A stretch of 64,000 bases of DNA from an uncultured cyanobacterium. Lineage in GTDB: Bacteria > Cyanobacteriota > Cyanobacteriia > Cyanobacteriales > Cyanobacteriaceae. The translations under genes and the position numbers were made by a program. How positions within the stretch are numbered: position 1 is the stretch's first letter; each line of letters starts with the position of its first letter. Below are positions 1 to 11,478 of this stretch, one piece after another. The notes below the pieces were generated by a model. It was not told the origin of the DNA. It made no database searches and worked only from the letters and a program-made list of their open reading frames with translations. The stretch spans positions 32,001 to 96,000 of the forward strand of contig CAVQBA010000004.1 in assembly GCA_963710605.1 (NCBI GenBank), in the 5' to 3' direction.

Positions 1-432
1 TTGGCTAGAGGAGAAATACCCTCCACGGAAAAAAAATTAAAACTCGCAGGAGCAAATCATGTTATATTACCTGCGGCAGTTAGTGGCTCAAGAATTGCTA
101 ATCTAATTACTCGCCCGACAACTTTAGATTTTTTAGGGCAAAAAGAAGGACAAAATTATCTCAATGATATATTAAATCAAATTGAGGTAACAATGGATGA
201 ATTAACGGTTAGTGAAACTTCTCCTTTGATTGGTAAAACAGTTCGAGAATTAGAGATTAGAGGAAAAGGAGCATTTATTATTATTGCCTTACGACGTAAA
301 AATGGAGAGATAGTTAGTCATCCTCACCCTACTTTTTTACTTAATAATCAAGATACTTTGATTGTGTTAGGGCATCAAGAAGATTTACCGCAATTCGCTC
401 GTTATTATAGGTTAACTTTTATTAAATCTTGA
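1..432 (+). CDS. C-terminal part of a TrkA/RCK-domain potassium channel protein (5' end outside the window)
   Basis: End of an RCK-N domain (LKLAGANHVILP) followed by a TrkA-C-like domain (SPLIGKTVRELEIR...IIALRRKNGE...DTLIVLG). Confidence 0.8.
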   Translation: MARGEIPSTEKKLKLAGANHVILPAAVSGSRIANLITRPTTLDFLGQKEGQNYLNDILNQIEVTMDELTVSETSPLIGKTVRELEIRGKGAFIIIALRRKNGEIVSHPHPTFLLNNQDTLIVLGHQEDLPQFARYYRLTFIKS

Positions 433-647
433 TTCTAAATTGTACATATTTTGCTCCTGATTTAACAACATAATATTTTTCAAGATCGTCAATAATCTGC
501 TGAGCTTGGTTTTAGTCAATTTGAAGACTAATAAAACATCGATAACGAAAATAGAGATTTTCCTGAAAACACCGAATTACTTTTCTTAAAGGACGTATTA
601 CCTCAATCGCTTTTATAATTTAATTAATCATCTCAACTACTAAAAAA

Positions 648-878
648 ATGGAGATAACTAAAAAACAATTCAAAGCTCAAATCGATGAACTTTTAGATAC
701 ATTAAATCTAAGTAATGAAGAAATTATTATCGTAGATGAAGGTAAACCTTTATTTAAAGTTTCTAAATATCCCCAAAAATATCTTAGTACAACAGAATTA
801 TTTGCTTCTGTACGAGGTAAAGTAAAATATTATGAAGATTTAACAACTCCAACTACCGAAGAATGGAGCAATCTATGA
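648..878 (+). CDS. Phd/YefM-family antitoxin
   Basis: 76 aa with Phd-like N-terminus (ITKKQFKAQIDELLD...EEIIIVDEGKP); its stop overlaps the PIN toxin start (ATGA at 875-878). Confidence 0.8.
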   Translation: MEITKKQFKAQIDELLDTLNLSNEEIIIVDEGKPLFKVSKYPQKYLSTTELFASVRGKVKYYEDLTTPTTEEWSNL

Positions 879-1267
879 CAATTGTGTTAGATACTTGTGC
901 TTTAATCTGGTGGAGTTTAGACCCCGATTTGCTTTCGGCTTCAGCTAAAAGTACTTGTGATATTATGGAGGAACAGAAAAACGGTTTAGTTGCCTCTATT
1001 TCATTATGGGAAATCGCTCTTAAAGTTAAAAAGGGTAAGTTGGATTTAGGAATTGACATAGATACTTATATCAAGACTCTTTCACTTTCTGATGTAATTC
1101 AAGTTCTTCCTATCGACGTGGATTTATGGATAGATAGTATTAATTTAGATTGGAATCATCAAGATCCTGCCGATCGAGTCATTGTGGCTTTAGCTAATAA
1201 GTATAAAGCTCAATTAATTACTAAAGATACAGTAATCAGGGATTTTTATTCTTTAAGTGTTTGGTAA
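875..1267 (+). CDS. vapC: VapC PIN-domain toxin
   Basis: IVLDTCALIWW, ISLWEIALK and HQDPADRVIVA PIN motifs; ATG at 875 is coupled to the antitoxin stop. Confidence 0.88.
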   Translation: MTIVLDTCALIWWSLDPDLLSASAKSTCDIMEEQKNGLVASISLWEIALKVKKGKLDLGIDIDTYIKTLSLSDVIQVLPIDVDLWIDSINLDWNHQDPADRVIVALANKYKAQLITKDTVIRDFYSLSVW

Positions 1268-1424
1268 CTATTCATTATTATATACCCCCAATATAGTAAA
1301 CAAGCGAGAATCATCATTTTACTTGATAATTAATTATCGATTTATTCAAAAAGTTATCAACTTACCAAATTAAGGTTTATTTAGAGAGATAATTTCAGGG
1401 TTATCATCAATAAAAATATCAATA

Positions 1425-2996
1425 ATGGATGAGCTTTGGGTTTTAATCTGTTCGGGTTTAGTCTTTCTGATGCAAGCAGGCTTTATGTGTCTAGAATCTG
1501 GCTTAACTCGATCGAAAAATAGTATCAACGTCGCTATCAAAAACCTCGCTGATTTTGGTATTTCTGTCACCCTTTTTTGGGCATTCGGTTACGGTATTAT
1601 GTTTGGCATTTCCCAGATAGGTTGGATTGGTAGTAGTAATTTTTTTCTTTCGGCTGATAATAACCCCAAAGCGATCGTTTTTTTTATTTATCAAGCTATG
1701 TTTTGCGGAACAGCTACCACGATCGTTTCAGGAGCAGTTGCCGAACGTTTGAAGTTTGTCGCCTATTTTATCATTATCATTCTAATATCGAGTATTATCT
1801 ACCCTCTCTATGGTCATTGGGTCTGGAATACCAATGGTTGGTTAAATCAACTTGGATTTATTGATTTTGCAGGAAGTACTGTCGTTCATGGTATCGGTGC
1901 ATGGGTTAGTTTGGCGACATTGTTGGTGATTGGTAGCCGTAAGGGCAGATTCACGGACACAGGAGAAGCGAATAAAATTCAAGGTTCAAATTTACCTTTT
2001 GCCGTTTTAGGGGCGTTAATATTGTGGTTTGGATGGCTAGGGTTTAATGGTGGTAGTACTTTTGCATTTAACGATCGAGTTCCCCATATTATTTTAAATA
2101 CTATTTTGTCGGGGATTGGCGGTATGGTGATGGCAATAATTTTATCGGCAATTAAAACAGGCAGAATAGAAGTAGAAGAATTGATTAATGGTTCAATTGG
2201 TGGTTTGGTAGCTATTACCGCAGGTTGCAATATTATTCCTAATTCCTTAGCTATTATTGTCGGGGCGACAGGGGCGGCTTTTACTCATTTAGTTTCTTTG
2301 GCTTTACGCAAATATCGGATTGATGATGCAGTAGATGCTGTAGCAGTGCATGGTGGTGCAGGTGTTTGGGGGACAATTTGTGTCGCTCTTTTTGGGCAAT
2401 TGGATTTAGTTGATAATGGTTTGAATCGTGGTAGTCAGCTTTTAGTACAATTATTAGGAATTGCGATCGCTTTACTTTGGGCATTCGTCACTACATGGGT
2501 AATCTTAAAAGTAGTCGATCGATTTTTAGTCTTGAGAGTATCTCCTGAAGATGAAGAAATTGGTTTAAATATGTCTGAACATTTAGCTAAAACAGATACT
2601 TATGAATTATTCCAAGTTATGGATATACAAGCTAGAACAAATGATTTAACCCTTAGAGTGCCTGTAGAATCATTTACCGAAGTCGGACATATTGCCACCC
2701 GTTACAATCAAGTTATGGATGCCTTAGAAGAAAATCATCGCCAAAATACCGACTCTTTAGAAGAACTTTATACCATTACCGCCACGGCTGTTTCAGCGGT
2801 AGAAAATAATATTTTTATTCCTGAAGATTTTGCTATGTTTACCAGTCGTGGAGATGAGTTAGGTATTTTAGCTACTGCGTTACAACAGATGGTAGAAATT
2901 ATTAATCAGCAACAACAACAATTAACAGAATTAAAAAATGAATATGGTCAATTGAATGCAGAGGGAAATAAGAAAACCGATCGATTAGAAAAGTAA
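1425..2996 (+). CDS. amt: Ammonium transporter with C-terminal HAMP-like/coiled-coil extension
   Basis: FLMQAGF, DFAGSTVVH, WFGWLGFNGGS and DDAVDAVAVHG motifs with both pore histidines; about 140 aa soluble tail. Confidence 0.93.
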   Translation: MDELWVLICSGLVFLMQAGFMCLESGLTRSKNSINVAIKNLADFGISVTLFWAFGYGIMFGISQIGWIGSSNFFLSADNNPKAIVFFIYQAMFCGTATTIVSGAVAERLKFVAYFIIIILISSIIYPLYGHWVWNTNGWLNQLGFIDFAGSTVVHGIGAWVSLATLLVIGSRKGRFTDTGEANKIQGSNLPFAVLGALILWFGWLGFNGGSTFAFNDRVPHIILNTILSGIGGMVMAIILSAIKTGRIEVEELINGSIGGLVAITAGCNIIPNSLAIIVGATGAAFTHLVSLALRKYRIDDAVDAVAVHGGAGVWGTICVALFGQLDLVDNGLNRGSQLLVQLLGIAIALLWAFVTTWVILKVVDRFLVLRVSPEDEEIGLNMSEHLAKTDTYELFQVMDIQARTNDLTLRVPVESFTEVGHIATRYNQVMDALEENHRQNTDSLEELYTITATAVSAVENNIFIPEDFAMFTSRGDELGILATALQQMVEIINQQQQQLTELKNEYGQLNAEGNKKTDRLEK

Positions 2997-3223
2997 ATTG
3001 AATTAAATTGAATAGAATAATCGCACGAACCATAAATTATCATTCATGGCTAAAAAACCCGTTTAATGAATTAAACTCGATCTTAGAAGAATAAGTAGCT
3101 CCACTTAATTAAACGTAAAATAGACTTATGTTATCGCAACTTTATTTTAATTATTAATAATTTAATGACTAAAGTCATTACTACAAACCCTATTTATAAC
3201 TGTTTATTTAAAGCGTTGATATA

Positions 3224-3381
3224 AATCAATTATCACCATTACGAGGTACATATCGATCCCCCTAAATCCTTATCCCCCTCTATCCCCCGCGCGTTCGGGG
3301 GAAGATAAGCAGATGCTTCGCTTTTATGTCTGGGGACTTGTCGATCGCTAACTGTACTTCACAAGTATGGGAAACGCTATA
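3224..3381 (+). repeat. Dispersed ~160-bp MITE/REP-like element, family A (copy 1)
   Basis: Core CCCCCTAAATCC..TATCCCCCTCTATCCCCC..GAAGATAAGCAGATGCTTCGCTTTTATGTCTGGGGACTTG is shared with 8756-8914 (reverse) and 15319-15479; ends GGAAACGCTATA. Confidence 0.85.
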
Positions 3382-3414
3382 AATCAATAAAATTAAAAAT
3401 TATTTAACTAATAG

Positions 3415-3471
3415 ATAGTTCAATTTATTGAACGAACAGGATGTTAGCCTTGCACGATAGTTCAAGGCGGG
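3415..3471 (+). repeat. Dispersed ~55-bp palindromic repeat, family B
   Basis: GTTYAATTTATTRAACG...TAGCCTTG..CAAGGCGGG recurs at 7847-7900 (reverse), 11184-11241, 18559-18613 and ~56035-56087 (reverse). Confidence 0.7.
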
Positions 3472-3786
3472 TTAATTGCTCATTACTCATTACTCATGAC
3501 TTTTCTTTTTTATTCCGAACTCAGGTTATTTTTAACAAATCAATAAAACTAAAAATTATTCAACCAATACATAGTTTAATTTATTAAACAAATCTTGTAA
3601 GCCCCTCTTCCTTAATAAGGAGGGGGACTCAATCGAAATGTCCTAACTGACTTGTTTGTTGCTATAGAATGATAATTCGAGGCGGATGATAGTATCAAAA
3701 AAATAATGAGCAATAAGAATAGATTACTTATTACTCATTAAGATACTTTTAAAGATAATTTTGATAAACTAACTAAATAGCAAAAT

Positions 3787-4768
3787 TTAGTAGTATAAAC
3801 CAGCTTCTTGAACTTTCTCGATTTGTTTTTTCTTTAATACTAAAAGAATTTGAGAAAGCATAATACCAGCAATCAATACTAATAAACCAGCAATACGAGC
3901 AGGGTTTTGTAAGACAACTTCAGTATCTTTTTGTCCGAAACCACCGACGTTAGGATTGTTAGTTAAAGCTTCACCAGTTGCAATTTCTTGACCTTGAGCT
4001 ACGATTAATTCAGGTCCAACGGGGATATCAACTGTATTAGCTTCACCGGCTTCGTCGGTAATAGTTACTGCATAACCACCAGCACCATCTTCGGTGATAC
4101 TACTAATTGTACCTGTAGCGTTCGATTTGTATAAGTTGTTGTTACTAAGTTGTCCTGTAGGATAAACTTGTCCTCTACCTCTGTTTGCACCTAAGTGTAC
4201 AGAAAATTTACCGTAGTTAACATTTGGGTTTGTTGCAGGATCGGGGGATAATACAGGGAAGACAATCTCTTCATAACTATCACCAGGTAATGGTCAGTAC
4301 AAGAACCCAATTTTCTTTACCATCACGATAAGATTGATAGTAAGTTCCTTCGATTTTTTCCTTCATTTCATCAGGAATACGATCGTCTGGAGCAATTTGG
4401 AAGCCATCAGGTAACATCAAAACAGCACCAACATTTAATGGCGCTCTTGAACCATCAACTTGTACTTGTTGTACATCATGGTCATAAGGTATTTTAACAA
4501 TCGCTTCAAATACACTATCAGGTAAGACAGATTGAGGAATTTCAACTTCTGCCGGTTTAGCCGCTAAGTGACAGTTAGCACAGACAATACGTCCAGTTGC
4601 TTCACGAGGAGTCATTGGAGCAGTTTCTTGTGCCCAAAAAGGATATGCTTGTGCCGACGATGGTAAGACGATATCACTAGCTAATAGTAAGCAAACAGAA
4701 ACAATCGCTACTAAAACTATTTTGTTTATTTTACCGATTACTTTTGTCAAAAAAGATTTATTTTTCAT
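3787..4768 (-). CDS. petA: Apocytochrome f; one frameshift near 4295, probably a sequencing error
   Basis: Signal peptide, then YPFWAQ and heme motif CANCH; the shifted frame continues [19 protein letters not shown]...[11 protein letters not shown]...[19 protein letters not shown]. Confidence 0.96.
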
Positions 4769-4862
4769 TGATATTTACAATTTATACGAAATCAAGTCTC
4801 AAGATATTGTTTTCTTGAGCGAAATTAATTTAAGGATTGATGAAATGTGTTGTGCTAACTAC

Positions 4863-5411
4863 TTAACTCCACCAAGGTTTTTCACCTGTACGGAAATCAG
4901 TTTCTTCCCAGTTAGTTAAATAAACTTTATCTGCTTCTACATTGGTATGTACTAAAGCTAAGGATAAAGGAGCAGGTCCTCTAACTACTTTACCTTCATT
5001 ATTGTATTGTGAACCGTGACAAGGACAGATAAACTTGTCTTCAGAAGTATTCCAAGGTACTACACAACCTAAGTGAGTACATACAGCGTTTAAACCATAA
5101 GAAGCGATATCTTCATCCTCAGAAACAATTAAGTAGGTAGGATCGCCTTTTAATCCTTGAGCTAAAGAACGATCGCCTGGTTGACGAGCCGCAACGAATT
5201 CACTGGCTAAAACATCGTTACCAAGTTTGTCTTTAGCGGCAATACCAGCACCGCCACCACCAGTAGATTTAGGAATGAAAAAACTAACAACGGGATATAA
5301 AGCACCCAAAGCTACACCACCAACAGCACCAAAAGTCAGAACATTCATGAACTGACGACGGCCCATATCTGGTACATCAGCATTATTTCCAGAAGAAATT
5401 TGTGTTGTCAT
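4863..5411 (-). CDS. petC: Cytochrome b6f Rieske iron-sulfur subunit
   Basis: Tat-type DMGRRQFMN, Rieske motifs CTHLGC and CPCHGS; directly upstream of petA. Confidence 0.98.
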   Translation of the reverse strand: MTTQISSGNNADVPDMGRRQFMNVLTFGAVGGVALGALYPVVSFFIPKSTGGGGAGIAAKDKLGNDVLASEFVAARQPGDRSLAQGLKGDPTYLIVSEDEDIASYGLNAVCTHLGCVVPWNTSEDKFICPCHGSQYNNEGKVVRGPAPLSLALVHTNVEADKVYLTNWEETDFRTGEKPWWS

Positions 5412-5624
5412 AAGTAATCTAAATTATTAAATTGTATAGGGTAATTATGGTTTTACAATTAACTAATAACCCTTTATGCTAAACAAGGTTAATCAAAGTC
5501 ATTATCTAATTATTGCAAAAAATGAACCTTTTGTAGAATCATTAATAACGATCATAAGATAAATTTGTCGATCGTATGGTTAGATCTTTAACTTTGTACT
5601 CTATCTTTACTTAAATTAATATTT

Positions 5625-5939
5625 ATGACGGCAGAAGAATTACAACAATTAATATTTAACAAATGGGGTTGTTCTTATGATGTACAAATAATTCGCATCA
5701 AAGACAAAATCTATTTTCAAGTTATGTGGAAGTATCTTGAGCAAAATTCTTTTCATTATACAAAAGAGCAATATTACGAACATCTAGAATATATCACTCA
5801 ATTAGTCAATACTTGGGATGTTGTCAGACAAATACAAGTAGGTATATTAGAAGCTAAAAATCGTCCTCGTTTAGGTAAAGCTGTTAGCTTTTCTTTGAGT
5901 TTAGGCGAAAGAGGCTCGGAGTGGATAATTGATAATTGA
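5625..5939 (+). CDS. DUF3067-family protein
   Basis: KWGCSYDVQ..YFQVMWKYLEQ..RPRLGKAVS pattern; divergent from petC, as is usual in cyanobacteria. Confidence 0.8.
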   Translation: MTAEELQQLIFNKWGCSYDVQIIRIKDKIYFQVMWKYLEQNSFHYTKEQYYEHLEYITQLVNTWDVVRQIQVGILEAKNRPRLGKAVSFSLSLGERGSEWIIDN

Positions 5940-6312
5940 CAATTAATAATGATTTTTTTTCGATCGTCATAATTTATCTTGCTTGATATTATCACTATTA
6001 ATTTAATATTTCGGCGTATTATTATCGATATTGACAGTTATTAAAGATAAAGCGATTAGCCATAATTATTATGAGTTTTCCCGCTCGTTCTATTATCAAC
6101 GATCGTTTTAATATTACTTACAAACAATTTGGTAATAGTATTGAGATAAATGTTTTGAAAAGTATTACTGAAAATATTATTAAGCTGAATGTACTTTCTA
6201 TTTCTACACCTAACCCTTGTCTTATTAGATAAAAAATATTCGGTTAAAGATACTAAACAAAGTAACTATCAAATAACCTAAATTATTAATTATTAATTAT
6301 TAATTATCCATT

Positions 6313-6756
6313 ATGACTAACTATCGTAATCCTGCCCCTACGGTTGATATAATCGTCGAATTAATCGATCGACCATCACGCCCAATTATTTTAGTAGAAA
6401 GAAAATTTGAACCCTTAGGGTGGGCAATACCTGGTGGTTTTGTTGATTATGGTGAAGCCGTGGAAGCTAGTGCTATTCGAGAGGCAAAAGAAGAAATTAG
6501 TTTAGATATTAATTTAATCGAACAATTCCAAGTCTATTCTAATCCCGATCGAGATGACCGTAAACATACCCTGAGTCTGGTTTTTATTGCTCAAGCACGG
6601 GGAGAACCATTAGCGGATGATGATGCTCTTAATGTGGGAGTTTTCCACCTTTGGGAGCTTCCTTCAAATTTATGTTTCGATCACGATTTAATTTTGCAAG
6701 ATTACCTTAATTATCGTTATTATGGTGTTCGTCCTCCCATTCGGCTCAATAACTAA
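6313..6756 (+). CDS. NUDIX hydrolase
   Basis: Nudix box GGFVDYGEAVEASAIREAKEEISL. Confidence 0.92.
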   Translation: MTNYRNPAPTVDIIVELIDRPSRPIILVERKFEPLGWAIPGGFVDYGEAVEASAIREAKEEISLDINLIEQFQVYSNPDRDDRKHTLSLVFIAQARGEPLADDDALNVGVFHLWELPSNLCFDHDLILQDYLNYRYYGVRPPIRLNN

Positions 6757-6836
6757 TAATTGTTATAATTTTAATGGTATGATTTAATGACCTATGTAAC
6801 TACTTTTTTATTGGCAAGACAATTAGACTGTAAATA

Positions 6837-7748
6837 ATGAATGATTTTTTACCTATAGCCTATTTTGAAGGCAAATTTACCCCCTTCGCTGAAGCAACTA
6901 TTTCGATCGCTACTCATGCTTTACACTATGGTACAGGTGCATTTGGAGGGCTAAGAGGTACAATCAACCCAGCCAATTCTCAACAAGTATTACTTTTTCG
7001 TTTAAATCTTCATTGTCAAAGATTAAGTAATAGTGCTAAATATTTACATTATGATTTACCCGCAGATAAAATAGAGCATATCATCAAAGATTTTGTCGCT
7101 AAAAATAAACCAACTCAAAATTTTTACATCCGCCCTTTTGTTTATACTTCCGATTTAGGTGTTGCCCCTCGTTTACACAAAATTGAGAAAAACTTTTTTG
7201 TTTATGGTTTAAATATGGGTGACTATCTAGCCGCAGGTGGTGTTAGTTGTCGTATTAGTTCGTGGTATCGTCAAGAAGATCGTAGTTTGCCACTTAGAGG
7301 TAAAATTAGTGGTGCTTATATCACTTCCGCCTTAGCTAAAACTGAAGCCGTTGATAGTGGTTTTGATGAAGCTATTTTAATGAATTCCAAGGGTAAGGTT
7401 TGTGAAGCTACGGGAATGAATATTTTTATGGTCAGAGATGGTAAACTGATTACTCCTGGTACCGATCAAGATATTCTAGAAGGTATTACTCGTCGTAGTA
7501 TAAAAACGATCGCTCAAGATATGGGGATTGAAGTACAAGAAAGAGAAATAGATAAAACTGAATTATTTATTGCCGATGAAGTCTTTTTATGTGGCACAGC
7601 CGCTAAGGTAACTCCTGTTAAACAAATCGAAAATTATCACTTACCTGAAGATAATAAGATTACTCTCAAACTCAAAGAAAAGTTAACCGCAATCAATCAA
7701 TATCAAGTGCCAGAATATCAAGATTGGATTACTGTTATTGACGTATAA
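6837..7748 (+). CDS. ilvE: Branched-chain amino acid aminotransferase (class IV PLP)
   Basis: THALHYGTGAFGGLR, RGKISGAY, EATGMNIF, ILEGITR, EVFLCGTAA. Confidence 0.93.
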   Translation: MNDFLPIAYFEGKFTPFAEATISIATHALHYGTGAFGGLRGTINPANSQQVLLFRLNLHCQRLSNSAKYLHYDLPADKIEHIIKDFVAKNKPTQNFYIRPFVYTSDLGVAPRLHKIEKNFFVYGLNMGDYLAAGGVSCRISSWYRQEDRSLPLRGKISGAYITSALAKTEAVDSGFDEAILMNSKGKVCEATGMNIFMVRDGKLITPGTDQDILEGITRRSIKTIAQDMGIEVQEREIDKTELFIADEVFLCGTAAKVTPVKQIENYHLPEDNKITLKLKEKLTAINQYQVPEYQDWITVIDV

Positions 7749-7846
7749 CAATAGATAATTGACAATTATGTTTTTGTAATCTCAACGATAGTAATTTCAA
7801 TTAAGATTGAGACAGTATTAATCATATCTAAAACAAGAATATTTAC

Positions 7847-7900
7847 CCCGCCTTGCAATAAATTACAAGGCTAATAGACACCGTTTAATAAATTAAACTC
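7847..7900 (-). repeat. Family B palindromic repeat
   Basis: Reverse-complement match to 11184-11241 and 18559-18613. Confidence 0.7.
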
Positions 7901-8175
7901 AAATTTAATCCAAAAAATTGTATCATCGTTATTTTAAACTACTATAAATCATAACTCTAAAGGAAAGATTATTTATACTAATAAAAATACCAAGAGCGAT
8001 TACTTAAGTTTTTAAAAAACCCCCCTCTCCTCGCAGGAGAGGGGTTGGGGGTGAGGTTAAAATTAATTACTTTTTGTCTCTCGTTAAAAAAAAAGAGTTT
8101 AATCTTCACTCCTTTTACTCATAAAGTTGATTAGAATGTGAAGATAGAATCATCGTACGATTGAGGTAGATAAAG

Positions 8176-8739
8176 ATGAATACAGTTTTAAATCTTGAAC
8201 CAATTACCTCTCTAACCACAGAACAATTTTATCAAATCTGCCTAAAAAATCCTGAGTTACAACTAGAAAGAAATCCTCAAGGAAAATTAATTATTATATC
8301 TCCTGTCGGTGGTGAAAGCGGTAGAAAAGAAGCTAATTTAATTGGTGATATCATCATTTGGAATCGTCAAAGTAAATTAGGATATGTGTTTAGTTCTTCT
8401 ACTATTTTTAGTTTACCAAATGGTGGTGACAGGTCTCCTGATGTAGCATGGGTATCCGCCGAAAAATGGAATAACTTAACTCCAGCCCAAAAAGAAGGTT
8501 TTCCACCTATTTGTCCAGAATTTGTCATCGAATTACGATCGAAAACCGATCGATTAAAACCATTACAAGAAAAGATGATTGAGTATTTAGATTCAGGATT
8601 ACAGTTAGGTTGGTTAATCAATCCTCATCAACAACAAGTAGAAATCTATCGCCCTAAGCAAGTAGTAGAAGTAGTTGAAATACCGACTATTTTATTAGGA
8701 GAAAACATCTTACCTGAGTTGGAAATGTCTATTGATTAA
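8176..8739 (+). CDS. Uma2-family (PD-(D/E)XK) endonuclease-like protein
   Basis: RSPDVAWV, PICPEFVIELRS, GLQLGWLINP. Confidence 0.92.
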   Translation: MNTVLNLEPITSLTTEQFYQICLKNPELQLERNPQGKLIIISPVGGESGRKEANLIGDIIIWNRQSKLGYVFSSSTIFSLPNGGDRSPDVAWVSAEKWNNLTPAQKEGFPPICPEFVIELRSKTDRLKPLQEKMIEYLDSGLQLGWLINPHQQQVEIYRPKQVVEVVEIPTILLGENILPELEMSID

Positions 8740-8755
8740 TCTTGAGAATAAAGTA

Positions 8756-8914
8756 TATAGCGTTTCTCATGCTTATGAGGTAAAGTTTATATTTGCAAGT
8801 CCCCAGACATAAAAGCGAAGCATCTGCTTATCTTCCCCCTTACGAAGGGGGATAGAGGGGGATAGGGATTTAGGGGGATTGAGCAAGTACTTCGTCATAC
8901 TAATAATGGTTATA
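8756..8914 (-). repeat. Family A MITE/REP-like element (copy 2)
   Basis: Begins TATAGCGTTTC; core is the reverse complement of copies 1 and 3. Confidence 0.85.
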
Positions 8915-8916
8915 AA

Positions 8917-11058
8917 TTAATTCTGATAAATCTTAAATCCTGTTTCTGGTTGCCATTGCAGTGCATTATTTTTAACTGAAAATAATTTAATATTTTGTGT
9001 AGTTATATATTCGATAAACTTTTTATTTGTAATTACTGAATTGACAATAATAGTTTGAGGATTTATTTTTTTAATTTCCTCGTAATCTCTTTCTTTATCT
9101 AACCAAACTAATACATCAATCTCATCTTTATTAGTCAAAGAATTATTGTTACTGTTATTTACTATTAACCATTTTTGCTGATTTATTTCTAGTAATAAGT
9201 TATCTTCTTTTTTAGTTAAGTAATTTAAATTAGTTTCTCCTTGAGTAATAAATCGATCGACTTTTATTGATTGAGTTAAACGATCGATTTCTAAATTTTC
9301 TTCCTCTGGATTTTCTACTACTAAATTTAAGTTATTAATTCCCTCATACCTCAAAAAAGGTATTATATTAAACATAATATTTTCTTTATCACCTAAATTA
9401 ATCACAGTATTTTGTTGCTGATTTTGAACCATAATTGTTGGTGTAGTTGAAGTATTTAATACAGTTATTTTAACTAAATTTAGCTTCTGATAGATTAAAG
9501 GAATAACGATCGCTGATAAGGTAATAGTCATTATAAAATACCAATATTTTTGAGCTTTACTACTAATACAAATTAAGCCAAAAACAAAGTAAACTATTAA
9601 TAACTGAACTAAACTTATTTGACCAACAGCTAAAGAGCTAAAAGGTAAATTATTACTAATTTCAACTATCCAAATTAAAATAGTTAAGGGAATAAACAAA
9701 ATATAAGCGATCGCACTACCTAAAAGAGTAATAAATAAACCAATAAAAGCAGAAATAAACCCGCCTATAGTAATAACTAAAACAAAAGGTGTAGCGATAA
9801 GATTAGTTAGAATACTATAAATAGGGACATAATTAAAAACATAACATTGTAACGGTAAAACCCAAATTGTTGCCGCTAAAGGCACAGCTACCAAGTTAGC
9901 TATAGTCGGAGGAAACCAATCAAGACGATTAACAATAGCAGGTAAAGAAACGATTAAACCCAATGTTGCTAAAAAACTCAGTTGAAAACCTAAGTCAGTA
10001 ATCCATACAGGATTGATAAGTAATAAAATAACACCTGCTAAAAGTAAGCTACCATAAACATTAACTTTACGATCGTAAACCATCCCTATTACCACCGCCT
10101 CCCCCATCAAACAAGCCCGAAGAATCGAAGGATAAAAACCAGCTACAGAAGCATAAATTAATAAAATAAACGTTACTACTAACAAGCGACGGGAAGAAGC
10201 AAGGTTGCGAGTTAGATATAACAATAACCCTAATAAAATAGAAACATGAAATCCAGAAGCGGCTAAAACGTGGGCTAACCCACAGATACGAAAACTATTT
10301 TGCAATTCAAAATCTAAATCAACCGCCCGACTACCGATAACCATCGAGCTAACTAAGTTTCCTTGTGGTACTTTTAAGTAACGTACATGAGTTTGCACAA
10401 TACGTTGTCGTAAAAAAGTTAAAATTCGATCGAGTTGATTACCATCATTAATAATATTAACACTATCAGCAGACAAACCAGTAAAAATACCTTCTCGACT
10501 TAGATAATCGGCAAAATCAAAACCCCCCGGATTAAGACTCTTTTGCGGTTGATATAAGTTACCCATTAGGCGAATCGTCATTGAGGGATATAAATTGGTT
10601 GCTTGTAATAAGGGTGCGGTTACATATATTTTTCCTGTTACTTCAATGGGTAATTCATTTTCTTTAAGTAATTGTTGGGCTTGAAAAATGAATTTTGCTT
10701 TTTGTTTTTGATTAATTCTAGGATTAGTTAAAATTATCCCTTCAACGGTAATATTTTCAGGTTGATATTGATTCAGTGGTAACTGATGAGTTATATCTAA
10801 ACTATCAACAGTGGGTAAACGCCAATGACAATAATAAAATCCACTAACAATAATTAAGGCAACTATAAGACAATGAATAGAATTGAAAAAGTAAATCTTT
10901 TTAACTTGGATAATTAAACAAGAAAAGATCGTAATTACCGCAATTATTGTCAAAAATAAAAAACTTTGTTCGATACTAAAAAGCTGAGTACAAAATAAAC
11001 CAATAACATAACTAATTAAGCAGAGATAAAGATAGTTGTTATTATTGATTTTAACCAT
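8917..11058 (-). CDS. comEC: ComEC/Rec2 competence protein
   Basis: NPGGFDFADYL, GLAHVLAASGFHV, SILRA and DLGFQLSFLAT motifs; multiple transmembrane segments. Confidence 0.93.
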   Translation of the reverse strand: MVKINNNNYLYLCLISYVIGLFCTQLFSIEQSFLFLTIIAVITIFSCLIIQVKKIYFFNSIHCLIVALIIVSGFYYCHWRLPTVDSLDITHQLPLNQYQPENITVEGIILTNPRINQKQKAKFIFQAQQLLKENELPIEVTGKIYVTAPLLQATNLYPSMTIRLMGNLYQPQKSLNPGGFDFADYLSREGIFTGLSADSVNIINDGNQLDRILTFLRQRIVQTHVRYLKVPQGNLVSSMVIGSRAVDLDFELQNSFRICGLAHVLAASGFHVSILLGLLLYLTRNLASSRRLLVVTFILLIYASVAGFYPSILRACLMGEAVVIGMVYDRKVNVYGSLLLAGVILLLINPVWITDLGFQLSFLATLGLIVSLPAIVNRLDWFPPTIANLVAVPLAATIWVLPLQCYVFNYVPIYSILTNLIATPFVLVITIGGFISAFIGLFITLLGSAIAYILFIPLTILIWIVEISNNLPFSSLAVGQISLVQLLIVYFVFGLICISSKAQKYWYFIMTITLSAIVIPLIYQKLNLVKITVLNTSTTPTIMVQNQQQNTVINLGDKENIMFNIIPFLRYEGINNLNLVVENPEEENLEIDRLTQSIKVDRFITQGETNLNYLTKKEDNLLLEINQQKWLIVNNSNNNSLTNKDEIDVLVWLDKERDYEEIKKINPQTIIVNSVITNKKFIEYITTQNIKLFSVKNNALQWQPETGFKIYQN

Positions 11059-11183
11059 TGAAAAACAAAACGATCGTCATTATTAATTGATTTATATTAA
11101 CAAATAACGTTAACGATCGTCACCCTTGAGATAGATTTATAGTTAATTCAAATAAGAATGAAACAATTTTAGTATATTTTCTT

Positions 11184-11241
11184 CGAGTTTAATTTATTAA
11201 ACGGTATCTATTAGCTTAATGAAGATTCATTGCAAGGCGGG
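11184..11241 (+). repeat. Family B palindromic repeat
   Basis: GAGTTTAATTTATTAAACGGTATCTATTAGC is identical to the copy starting at 18559. Confidence 0.75.
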
Positions 11242-11478
11242 TTTTATGTTCTTACTTTTACTATTTTTTACTGTCTCGAACTTAATTCAAACAACTATAT
11301 TATTTATCTTGAGTCTTCGATCGTCTATTATAATATTACCAAACACAATAGGTATTACTCGATGCAGTGTGCATTTTGAGGGTAAATTAAGAGTCAAGAG
11401 TTTTATTATTCATTGTTTTTTATGGTATCTTTATATAGATAGAAAGTGATAATTATTTAAGTGAAATAGAAAGAGATT

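Noticed and set aside
1270-1424. NtcA box upstream of amt
   Set aside because: No convincing GTA-N8-TAC seen.
11219-11449. 76-aa ORF upstream of the secreted protein
   Set aside because: Starts inside a family B repeat and has no protein-like signature.
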